Assembly (NCBI GenBank): GCA_964601935.1
Contig: CAZROP010000001.1
Coordinates: forward strand, 185,867 to 249,866
Reading direction: 5' to 3'
Origin: an uncultured Candidatus Saccharibacteria bacterium
Lineage (GTDB): Bacteria; Patescibacteriota; Minisyncoccia; Phycocordibacterales; UBA1006
DNA: 64,000 bases
Below the pieces are notes generated by a model that saw only the letters and a list, made by a program, of their open reading frames with translations, made no database searches and was not told the DNA's origin. How positions within the stretch are numbered: the first letter of the stretch is position 1; the number at the start of each line of letters is the position of its first letter. This document shows, piece by piece, positions 17,928-26,461 of the stretch. Both the position numbers and the translations under genes were made by a program.

Positions 17928-19008
17928 TACACATGGTTTTTAATATTGAACAATCTTGCTTAAAAAACAAAACCGAACAAAACCAAGGAATAGGATCTAG
18001 AGCGCGAACGAATCCGCACACTATCCTATCGATGTAATGAAAAAATATTTTTCCTCTCCTCTCTGTATAGCTATGTGCCTCATACGGAACAACAATGTAT
18101 ACGTCATTGTAACAGTCTGGTGGCGGATGATAGATATCCGCAACAATTATCGTAGTAATATCCATACTGATTACTGTACTCATTTGTGCCGAAACACGTA
18201 GCGAACACACAACCGATAGAGATACCAACATCCCATGTCGCAGTATATGTCCTTGATTCAGAAGCAATTGAAATCCTTGGAGAATACCTAACCGTTTGGT
18301 TGGTAACTCCCTTACCAACAATCTCTCAGTTTTCGTCAGAGTACCTGTCAGCGATTTTTTGGTTCGTCGGACAAGTGTTTCTGCTACTATGCTGAAGTAA
18401 TGATCCTCAAACTTTCGTTTCAGGACCAGCCACAAGAACAAGGGCCAGAGTAATGTAACAAACAGAAGCTTGATAGGACTACCTGCGAATCGCCGGAAGT
18501 ATGGGTTTTCGTACACCCACAAACAGAACAATAATCCAACGAACGGCAATCCAAACAAGTACTGACGAAGCAACCAACTCAAGAGAGCTAACCATGCTGC
18601 TTTCCAATTAATCGGCTCCGCATCATCCAATTCTGGAAAATACTTGCTGCGTGCAGCATCAATGCTTGCCCGAGACGGGTTCTGTCTTTCCATAACTCGC
18701 ATGACTTCATTCTGTAGCAGTATAAATGCTGGTAGATTATCGGATCCCGTAAGATCATACCAGATCTGTTTCGCCGTATACAAATCGGCGAAATAACAAT
18801 CAGGGGTGTAGCTGTAGTATGCTGGTTCTGTGGCAGTAATCTTATGCAGTCTGCCCTTCCAGAACCTTTGAAGAGAGTCTATTGCAAACTGTGCGGTACC
18901 TGACGGTATCTCGTTTGCAGGTATATTGTATGTGTGCCAAAAACTCGTTGGCATACCAGTGTTCCAGATTAGCATCAGAAACACGGCAAGTTTGATAAAC
19001 TTTTTCAT
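17854..19008 (-). CDS. hypothetical membrane protein
   Basis: 384-aa ORF with an N-terminal signal/anchor and central TM cluster (LALLSWLLRQYLFGLPFVGLLFCLWVY, LLFVTLLWPLFLWLVL). Its 3' end overlaps the next gene by 74 nt. Confidence 0.45.
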   Translation of the reverse strand: MKKFIKLAVFLMLIWNTGMPTSFWHTYNIPANEIPSGTAQFAIDSLQRFWKGRLHKITATEPAYYSYTPDCYFADLYTAKQIWYDLTGSDNLPAFILLQNEVMRVMERQNPSRASIDAARSKYFPELDDAEPINWKAAWLALLSWLLRQYLFGLPFVGLLFCLWVYENPYFRRFAGSPIKLLFVTLLWPLFLWLVLKRKFEDHYFSIVAETLVRRTKKSLTGTLTKTERLLVRELPTKRLGILQGFQLLLNQGHILRHGMLVSLSVVCSLRVSAQMSTVISMDITTIIVADIYHPPPDCYNDVYIVVPYEAHSYTERRGKIFFHYIDRIVCGFVRALDPIPWFCSVLFFKQDCSILKTMCNEKYHFFYSLRMPRVYSNRATDCY

Positions 19009-19127
19009 GTTTCTGATGTTTTGAATTAAGAAATGTAATAATTATTGGGTTCATACTACGTCAGTCTGGATATATGTCAATAACTATCCTTATGAGTTTC
19101 GAGACTGTTATTAACCCAGCTCATCAC

Positions 19128-19154
19128 AAAAAACACCCTATTCGGGTGGTTTTT
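19128..19154 (-). terminator. intrinsic terminator directly after rplK
   Basis: Minus strand caccc-gaata-gggtg followed by T6. Confidence 0.6.
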
Positions 19155-19174
19155 GTTGTATTTAGTACTGCGTA

Positions 19175-19600
19175 TTATTCCGCGATCTTTACTCCCATCG
19201 AACGACAGGTTCCTTCTATCATCTTTATCACAGCATCGATGTCATTTGCATTAGAATACTGCATTTTCTCCTGTGCAATTTCTTCCATCTGCTTGCGAGT
19301 GATCTTACCTACGAATGATGAAGCATTTTTACCACTGCCTTTTGCTATGCCCAGTTTTGCTTTTATTAGCGCTGACATAGGAGAAGACTTGATAACATAA
19401 TCAAAAGAACGATCATCGTATGCCTGGAGAATAACATTCATGAGCATACCGTTTTTATCAGCGGTTTCTGCATTGAATTGCTTGATAAATTCACCGATAT
19501 TGACTCCCGCACCGCCCAATACTGGTCCCAAGGGAACTCCTGGAGCAGCCTTGCCACCTGGTACTACTAATTTGATTGTTTTTGTTGCTTTTTTTGCCAT
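19175..19600 (-). CDS. rplK: 50S ribosomal protein L11
   Basis: 141 aa with MAKKATKTIKLVVPGGKAAPGVPLGPVLGGAGVNIGEFIKQFNAET. Confidence 0.96.
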   Translation of the reverse strand: MAKKATKTIKLVVPGGKAAPGVPLGPVLGGAGVNIGEFIKQFNAETADKNGMLMNVILQAYDDRSFDYVIKSSPMSALIKAKLGIAKGSGKNASSFVGKITRKQMEEIAQEKMQYSNANDIDAVIKMIEGTCRSMGVKIAE

Positions 19601-19779
19601 AACACTGCTATATAATTACCTCTTCGTTGATTCGGCAGGTGAGAAGCATGGACCCTAGAAGAGGTTGTAAGGTACCATTCCTGACGAACTAAGATATTCA
19701 CTATAATGCCATATATTTAAATAAATGCAATATTTTAAACCTGCAATTACCGATGAGTATTGAAAATATTTTGATTATA

Positions 19780-20325
19780 TTATTTTTCTCGCCCACCCTT
19801 AAGAACCTCTGCGTACCATACAAGCTCCTTAACCATTAAAGCAATCTTTTCCTTGTATGAAAGGTCGATGATTTGACCATCAACATCAAACAAATTTTGA
19901 GCCACAGGAAACGGTAAAGAAGGGGAAATGGGGACCATACCCAAAGTGATAAGTGTCGGCAGGATAGCCTCCGCCATTCTTGAACCACCCCATTTCCCAC
20001 TTGATACACCAACAATAGCAACAGGCTTCTTTATATACTCCTCATCAAGAGAATCAATAAGTATTTTAAGCTCCCCAGGTATACCACGATTATATTCTGG
20101 ACTAACGATAATAAGTCCATCTGCTCTAGCCATAATATCTTGCCACGGTTTTACCATTTCGGAATATCCTACAGTTTTTCCAAACAGAAAATCTCGCACA
20201 TCAACAAATTGAGTTTCAAACGCGTTTAGATCGGATATTTCTTTGAAGACGTACTGAGCAACCTTTTCAGAAACGCGACCCTCACGCGCAGTACCAAGTA
20301 TTATGGGTATAAAAAGTTTCTTCAT
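19780..20325 (-). CDS. NAD(P)H-dependent FMN reductase (flavodoxin-like fold)
   Basis: 181 aa with ILGTAREGRVSEKVA and LIIVSPEYNRGIPGELKILIDSL. Confidence 0.75.
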   Translation of the reverse strand: MKKLFIPIILGTAREGRVSEKVAQYVFKEISDLNAFETQFVDVRDFLFGKTVGYSEMVKPWQDIMARADGLIIVSPEYNRGIPGELKILIDSLDEEYIKKPVAIVGVSSGKWGGSRMAEAILPTLITLGMVPISPSLPFPVAQNLFDVDGQIIDLSYKEKIALMVKELVWYAEVLKGGREK

Positions 20326-20423
20326 AAATTAATAGGTATATTATAGCTTGGATGTAGAATTTAAGTAATAAGGTTACCCTACATTCGTAGACACTCGGGT
20401 TTGCTTTTAATTATCACTACTTT

Positions 20424-20443
20424 TGCGGAGATGGCGGGATTCG
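20424..20443 (-). repeat. exact 20-nt duplicate of the tRNA-Ser 3' end
   Basis: tgcggagatggcgggattcg at 20424-20443 is identical to 20594-20613, which runs from the T-loop to the 3' end of tRNA-Ser plus 2 nt. Confidence 0.9.
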
Positions 20444-20595
20444 GTCACGCCGCATAGTCGCTCGATGCTCTCCTTCGATTCCTCAGGATCATATTCGCTC
20501 CTTGCAGCTCGACCCCTAATTCGAATCTGCCGTTTCCGTTTATCAAATATACTACAAATGCTCCTATGGGTCGCATTCATAGCATTTTGCTAATG

Positions 20596-20680
20596 CGGAG
20601 ATGGCGGGATTCGAACCCGCGAGGGGTTGCCCCCTGCTACCTTTCCAAGGTAGTGCACTCGACCACTATGCGACATCTCC
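20596..20680 (-). tRNA. tRNA-Ser (anticodon GGA), class II
   Basis: Minus-strand fold: acceptor ggagatg/catctcc, anticodon stem ctacc/ggtag with loop ttGGAaa, long variable arm, T arm gcggg-ttcgaat-cccgc. Confidence 0.9.
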
Positions 20681-20727
20681 AATCAACCTAGAGATACTAG
20701 CATAGTGTTAACGGTGTAACAATGGAA

Positions 20728-23700
20728 TTACGCTGCTTCTTGTAATTCTTCTCTTCCTTGCTCATTCAATGGAACAACTTTTGTACCGCTAGTTCTTTTA
20801 CGAGATAAAAAGTCTTTGAAATCTCTACCATTTTTTATTCGATCGACATGACTCTTTATCTGTTCATTAGTAGTACTCATTGATTCTACAACTTCTGGAG
20901 TAGTACTATTCTCCCGACCACGAGCTCTTCTTGCCAGCTGAGCTTGTATTTGCTCTGTAGTAGGACTTTTATTTTCTCTTGGTTTAGCATTTTCTATCCT
21001 TCTGCTCTGCCAAGAAGCTGTGGCTCTTTTTAGTGCAGGAGTAACGAATGCAGTACTTTGAAGCTGACCCTCCTCTTCTTTAGGTTTATCAAACACGCCA
21101 TCCCAGAAACTATCCCATCTATGTTCCTGTGTAAGGGTTTGAGATTCTGCGACGGGGGCTACATTTGCTTCTATTACACTTGATGTAGCAGAGGTTTGAT
21201 TGGTTTCTTCACCTGCAATAGGGGTATCAAACCCAAAGAATGAGGAATCATAACTCTGATTAGTAGTATTATTAATCGTCTGAGAGTTATTATCTTCAGC
21301 TTGCAGCCTATTACCTTGATTAGTATTATTAAGCTGTTCTCTATTATTTTCACCATCTCGAGCAAGAGAACGATCTCTCTGTAGAGTCCGCCTCTCATCA
21401 TTATCAGGCGTACGGCCTGGTTCTTGGTCTGGGTGTTTTTCCTTGTAGTCATCTGTCGGCCCCATAAATCGCTGGGCATGTATAGGTTGCACATGTATAT
21501 CAGTATCATATACATTAGGTGCTTCGTAGTCTATATCAAGGATTGGTTGATTCGAAAAGTTCTCACCCTGTATACGAGCCAACGAGCGTACATTGTACGG
21601 CATAGTATCTGAACCATCTCCCTCTAATACTTCTACTGCCAGTATCTGCCCTTTCAATTCGAATTTTCCATCTTCAGTCACATGAAGGAATTCAGAGTTA
21701 ACACCAGTATTCGGAATAAATGCCTTACCATTTTTATCAAATTCTATAAATACAGCACCTTTGTTACCGATACTATCACTTGTTACTAATTTTTCGCTTC
21801 CCTCGTAGAGCATTAACTTTATTTTTCCTTTTCCTACCATTTCTTTTATTTGATCTCCTGTCAGTTTATTACTACCAAATGTTGACTCATCGTTAAACAT
21901 GTCTGCAATCGACATTTCGTATCCCTTCACATTTCCATCAGCATCCCATATTACACCTGATCCATTTGGTCCTCCCCATTTTAGATCCAATTCATTGCGC
22001 GCAAATTCTTTGGTATCATAATCATAATAATTGTCCATTCGAACAGATTTGAATTCAGCTGGACGCTCTGCTCCATTATAAGAATCAAAATATGAACCTG
22101 GGACAGGTGTCTCTGTTATCGTGAATCCTTTCCCTGCTAATGCTTTCTGTATATCGTCCTGACCTATTACACCATCACCTGCGGCATCTGGTATAGAAAT
22201 GTTTACGCCATTCGGTCCTGTTAGTGCAACACCATTTCCCTGCTGCTCCAGACAGAACCCATCCGGTAGACGCACATCTGCAGATACCTTGCCATCTATA
22301 CCCTGGATGATAGAACTGTGAGACATGGTAGTCGTGCCTCCGCCTGTTATCAGATTTTTTAACTGCATCAGGAGTGTTGCCTTTTTCTCGGAATCTCGTT
22401 CTGTGAACCAACTTTCTACCAAACCCATCGTAGAATCATCTATCAATGCCCATATTTCAGCAGTTGCAATACCGAATGCAAATGATAGTGCAAATACGGC
22501 TGAACCTGTTATCGCTGCCTCTTTTGCGAGCATTGATTTCACCCCCCTCTTATGTTTAGAAATACTTTCTATCAACTCCTTTCTAGTTTTTGAAATCTCA
22601 GGATTTTCACGTGCATTTTGTAGAGCATTATTAAATTCATTACCAAGTTCTTTTTTTAATCCTGCACGTAGACGTGCCATTAGAACAGCAATTTCACGAT
22701 GTTGTGCTTCTACCTGACCCGGATCATACTGAATTAATTCTACCTTTTTAATATTACCTGACTTTATAAGATCTTCATAACGGATCAATAATTCCAGTTT
22801 TGATTCTAGGGGATACTCCTGACCAGCACGTAATTCGCTGATAATAGATTGTGCTGGTTGCAAATCCATGCTAAATTTTTCAAACTTTGCAGCAACTTTA
22901 TCATTACTATAGGTTTCTCCTGCAGCAGTGTTCTGGTAATACTGCTGTGCCTCGGTGGTTCTACGATTATACTGCGCTGATCCTGCGAATGCTCCACCTA
23001 TAACTGAACCTACGACTGGCACAGCTAATGTTGCTTCTGCTGCCTTTTTCGAAACTATTTTTGCGACTGATGCCGCAGCACCCGCGAGGACAGCCAGCGT
23101 TGTTCCATTAAACACTCTTGTGACTTTTATTTTTTCACACCATCTACCAAATCTACCTTTGTATTTCGATGATAACGAATGTTCTGCAATCGCTATTTTC
23201 AGAGAAATATGAAGTTCGTTTATATATCTAGCTTTCTCATCAGCGCTCAAACCCTCAAATAGAGACTTGACTTCTCTGCAGACCACAAAGAAATTATGAG
23301 CAGTTATTGTTTCCTGACCACCTCCTTGGATTCTGCGTAGTGTATCGAGCTGCTGATTTACTAACTCCTGATACGTAATTGTTTGACCTGTGGGTACTTC
23401 TGATCTGAAACTATCGATATCTTCCTGAGATTTCAGAAATTCTATCAAAAATGTTCTGAGATTTTCTGATACCTGTGCCTGTCGAGTTTCATTATTATCT
23501 ACATTATAGACCTTTTCACCTGCGCTCAAGATACTATCGTCACCACTAATCACACGATCAGCTGCTGATTCGTACAGTGCACGTGTTCTTGCCTCGCCAT
23601 CATCCTCACCCAAAAACACATTACGCTGTTCTGCTGTTTCCCGTAGTGCAGCAACACGGTGTTTTGCCTGTCGATACTCATGAACTATTGCATTTTTAGC

Positions 23701-23871
23701 TCTTGTGAACTGTCGTGCGATCCAGTTCTTTTTTTCTGCTGACTGTTCCTGAGCCCCTAATCGTTCTGCTGCCAATTTACGAGCATACTGTCGTTGAATA
23801 TCAGTCACATCAGCAATACCTACATTAACTTCTGTAGGTATTTCTTCAAAACTTGTTTCTCTGAGCAACAT
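20728..23871 (-). CDS. giant membrane protein of unknown function (coiled-coil N-terminus, two Gly/Ala-rich TM anchors, extracytoplasmic domain, Q/N/T-rich tail)
   Basis: 1047-aa uninterrupted ORF. The TM segments are TLAVLAGAAASVAKIV...LAVPVVGSVIGGAFAGSA and ITGSAVFALSFAFGIATAEIWALI. Confidence 0.7.
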   Translation of the reverse strand: MLLRETSFEEIPTEVNVGIADVTDIQRQYARKLAAERLGAQEQSAEKKNWIARQFTRAKNAIVHEYRQAKHRVAALRETAEQRNVFLGEDDGEARTRALYESAADRVISGDDSILSAGEKVYNVDNNETRQAQVSENLRTFLIEFLKSQEDIDSFRSEVPTGQTITYQELVNQQLDTLRRIQGGGQETITAHNFFVVCREVKSLFEGLSADEKARYINELHISLKIAIAEHSLSSKYKGRFGRWCEKIKVTRVFNGTTLAVLAGAAASVAKIVSKKAAEATLAVPVVGSVIGGAFAGSAQYNRRTTEAQQYYQNTAAGETYSNDKVAAKFEKFSMDLQPAQSIISELRAGQEYPLESKLELLIRYEDLIKSGNIKKVELIQYDPGQVEAQHREIAVLMARLRAGLKKELGNEFNNALQNARENPEISKTRKELIESISKHKRGVKSMLAKEAAITGSAVFALSFAFGIATAEIWALIDDSTMGLVESWFTERDSEKKATLLMQLKNLITGGGTTTMSHSSIIQGIDGKVSADVRLPDGFCLEQQGNGVALTGPNGVNISIPDAAGDGVIGQDDIQKALAGKGFTITETPVPGSYFDSYNGAERPAEFKSVRMDNYYDYDTKEFARNELDLKWGGPNGSGVIWDADGNVKGYEMSIADMFNDESTFGSNKLTGDQIKEMVGKGKIKLMLYEGSEKLVTSDSIGNKGAVFIEFDKNGKAFIPNTGVNSEFLHVTEDGKFELKGQILAVEVLEGDGSDTMPYNVRSLARIQGENFSNQPILDIDYEAPNVYDTDIHVQPIHAQRFMGPTDDYKEKHPDQEPGRTPDNDERRTLQRDRSLARDGENNREQLNNTNQGNRLQAEDNNSQTINNTTNQSYDSSFFGFDTPIAGEETNQTSATSSVIEANVAPVAESQTLTQEHRWDSFWDGVFDKPKEEEGQLQSTAFVTPALKRATASWQSRRIENAKPRENKSPTTEQIQAQLARRARGRENSTTPEVVESMSTTNEQIKSHVDRIKNGRDFKDFLSRKRTSGTKVVPLNEQGREELQEAA

Positions 23872-23885
23872 ACCGATATAGAAAT

Positions 23886-24233
23886 CTATTGAGACACCTC
23901 TGTCGGGGACACAGGTTCTTGCGACGATGAATTATCTGGGATGTAGAGTCTTCTGAACTCTAACATTTCTTTCGTAAGAAGCTCTGCCATATTAGGAACA
24001 TGTGCTGCGCAGAATTCCTGAATTTCAGCATCTGATGCTGTTTCTGTCATAGCATCGAATGTATCTAGTTTGTCTTTCGGTAATGCTGTAAAAATAGCAA
24101 CCTGAATACGCGTTTCCAATTGCTGCATAAAATCAGCTTTCATTTCGGCATAAATTTCCGGCTCTAGATCGCCAAAATTTTTGTCGTGCAGTATCTCGTC
24201 TATAAAATTTCCTAAAATTTCATCAGTGTTCAT
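23886..24233 (-). CDS. small acidic helical protein, partner of the giant protein (DUF5663-like from memory)
   Basis: 115 aa, 14 nt upstream of the 1047-aa gene. It aligns by eye with the ORF at 55096..55419. Confidence 0.55.
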   Translation of the reverse strand: MNTDEILGNFIDEILHDKNFGDLEPEIYAEMKADFMQQLETRIQVAIFTALPKDKLDTFDAMTETASDAEIQEFCAAHVPNMAELLTKEMLEFRRLYIPDNSSSQEPVSPTEVSQ

Positions 24234-24370
24234 AAGTACTATAAGGTGGAATTATACAATAACACCATCAGTATACACTGAACATAGATTATTGTATTGT
24301 GTATAACATTATAGTATTTATCGAAGAAACATTTGAAGATTGTGAATATAACTAAGTATAAAAGTATAAA

Positions 24371-24400
24371 AAACAAAACACCCTTACGGGTGTTTTGTTT
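24371..24400 (-). terminator. hairpin terminator after the 73-aa gene
   Basis: aaacaaaacaccc / ttac / gggtgttttgttt forms a perfect 13-bp stem. Confidence 0.7.
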
Positions 24401-24419
24401 TAGGTATTCTCAGAGAGAA

Positions 24420-24641
24420 TTACTGAGCAGGTACAACAACGTCTGTTGATACTTCAACAGGCTGTACTGCTGGCGCAGGCTGGATGTCTGTAACTGGTGC
24501 TCCCTCTACTGGAACTTCTTCTACAGCCTTGTTCTTCTTTCCGGTTACGATGATAATGATGATTATCACGATTACTGCAACAGCGATAAGGCTAGTTACG
24601 ATTGTATTTCCTTTGATCATAATAAATATAGATTCTTTCAA
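24420..24641 (-). CDS. small single-pass membrane protein with a Pro/Val-rich tail
   Basis: 73 aa with the TM segment IVTSLIAVAVIVIIIIIIV. It has its own terminator. Confidence 0.5.
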   Translation of the reverse strand: MKESIFIMIKGNTIVTSLIAVAVIVIIIIIIVTGKKNKAVEEVPVEGAPVTDIQPAPAVQPVEVSTDVVVPAQ

Positions 24642-24792
24642 ATGTTTTTAATAAAGTTGACATACCCTTTCCCCACAACAGAAGGGTGGATACGTATCTA
24701 TCGTATATCTTTACCCCAAAAATGCAACGGTCGTACGTGGAAAACAATAATTCCCGAGAAATGTCTACTTCGAGACCTCTGAAAATCCTTAT

Positions 24793-26382
24793 TTATACAT
24801 CGACCAACGGAGGTTTTGGACGGTACTGCAACGCATCCAGTATATGCCGGTCTTCAATAGTAGGAGACGATTCCATATCTGCAATCGTACGACCAATACG
24901 TATTACGCGATGATAGGCACGCGGTGACAAGTGCAGTTTTTCCGCGCTTTTCATCAATAACGTTCGTGCGCTATCTGACAAACCTACGGAATTCATATCA
25001 CGCGCCTGAATCAATGCATTAGGTGATCGTAATCCTGCAGACCCTGCACGTGTACTACCAAACGCACGTGCCTGTATGATATTTTGCCTGATCTGTGCAC
25101 TAGTTTCTCCTATAGAACTGTTATCATGCAAAGTTTCGTAGGAAATATGCTCTACCGGAACCCAGAGATCAATACGATCAACCAGAGGTCCTGATAGCTT
25201 TTTCCTATATTTTCGTATCTGAATTTCGCTACAGGTACAGCGTTTGACCCGTGACCCTGCAAATCCACATGGACAAGGATTCATAGCTGCAACTAATATA
25301 AAATTAGCAGGAAATTCTATTGTTCCTCGGGCACGCGATACAGTTACCACCTTATCCTCCAGCGGTTGCCGTAAACTTTCTAATACTTTTAGGTCAAATT
25401 CAGGGAATTCATCCAAAAACAACACACCGCGGTGCGCGAGACTCACTTCGCCAGGGCGTGGCACCGTGCCCCCACCTACTAATGCCACATAACTACTAGT
25501 ATGGTGCGGACTACGAAATGGCGGGTAATTAATAAATGACCCTTGTAGTGTTCCTGCGACTGAATGAATCCCTGTTACCTCTATGGCATCATCCAGTGAT
25601 AACTGAGGTAATAACCCAGTAAACGCACGGGCGAGCATGGTTTTGCCCGTTCCGGGCGGTCCGAACAAGGCAATACTATGGCCGCCTGCGGCGGCTATTT
25701 CTAACGCCCGTTTTGCCGATTCCTGACCTCGCACTGTCGATATGTCAGGATACTGTGGTGATTGTCGTAATAATGACTCGTCGAACTGGGCTATGGTAAT
25801 ATTCTGTACCTCTGTAGGTAGTTTTTGTTCCCGCATCATGCGTTCGAAACCATTCGTATCAATATGCGCTACAATATCCCGCAGATGATGTACGCCATAT
25901 ACGGTGATACCTTCCACTACCGATGCCTCATTGGCGTTTTCTTGCGGCACATATATGTCGGTATATCCCTGGTTCCGAGCCTCGATAGTCAACGGTAACA
26001 CCCCGCGTACTGACTGAATATCTCCATTCAGTGATAACTCACCTAAAAACAAGGACTTGTCACACTCACCCTGTATCGATCCGCTCGCTATCAAATACCC
26101 TATAGCTATTGCAATATCGTAATATGACCCTTCTTTGCGTAATTCTGCGGGCGATAACGATACAATTGTTTTTTGATTAGCATGTTTTGGCGACGGAAAA
26201 CCGCTATTATGCAACGCGGTGCCCACGCGCCCTCGAGATTCATCCACTGATTTATCAGGTACACCAATAATATCGAATTTATTAAGAGTATTATGAACAA
26301 TATCTACCTCGACCGTAACAACACTACCCGTAATACCTCGTGGCTGCGCCGAATGTACCCGTGCAAATGACGGCTTTTTCAT
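24793..26382 (-). CDS. YifB/ComM-family Mg-chelatase-like AAA+ ATPase
   Basis: It has a Lon-like N-terminal domain, Walker A GPPGTGKTM, Walker B VLFLDEF and a Cys cluster NPCPCGF. The start is set at MKKPSF (26382) because a terminator hairpin (26421-26444) lies inside the longer ORF. Confidence 0.9.
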   Translation of the reverse strand: MKKPSFARVHSAQPRGITGSVVTVEVDIVHNTLNKFDIIGVPDKSVDESRGRVGTALHNSGFPSPKHANQKTIVSLSPAELRKEGSYYDIAIAIGYLIASGSIQGECDKSLFLGELSLNGDIQSVRGVLPLTIEARNQGYTDIYVPQENANEASVVEGITVYGVHHLRDIVAHIDTNGFERMMREQKLPTEVQNITIAQFDESLLRQSPQYPDISTVRGQESAKRALEIAAAGGHSIALFGPPGTGKTMLARAFTGLLPQLSLDDAIEVTGIHSVAGTLQGSFINYPPFRSPHHTSSYVALVGGGTVPRPGEVSLAHRGVLFLDEFPEFDLKVLESLRQPLEDKVVTVSRARGTIEFPANFILVAAMNPCPCGFAGSRVKRCTCSEIQIRKYRKKLSGPLVDRIDLWVPVEHISYETLHDNSSIGETSAQIRQNIIQARAFGSTRAGSAGLRSPNALIQARDMNSVGLSDSARTLLMKSAEKLHLSPRAYHRVIRIGRTIADMESSPTIEDRHILDALQYRPKPPLVDV

Positions 26383-26420
26383 AGATAGCCAGTACTGTAA
26401 CACAAATAATTGTAATATCA

Positions 26421-26444
26421 AAAACACCCTCTATAGGGTGTTTT
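26421..26444 (-). terminator. hairpin terminator after the Tyr/Asn/Cys-rich gene
   Basis: aaaacaccct / ctat / agggtgtttt forms a perfect 10-bp stem. Confidence 0.7.
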
Positions 26445-26461
26445 ATCAAATTAAACTAGTA

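Noticed and set aside
20444-20593. Possible second tRNA-Ser, tRNA-Sec or split tRNA using the duplicated 3' end at 20424-20443.
   Set aside because: No complementary 5' acceptor strand (ggagatg) lies at a tRNA-compatible distance. The T-loop is replaced by a 12-nt non-canonical loop.
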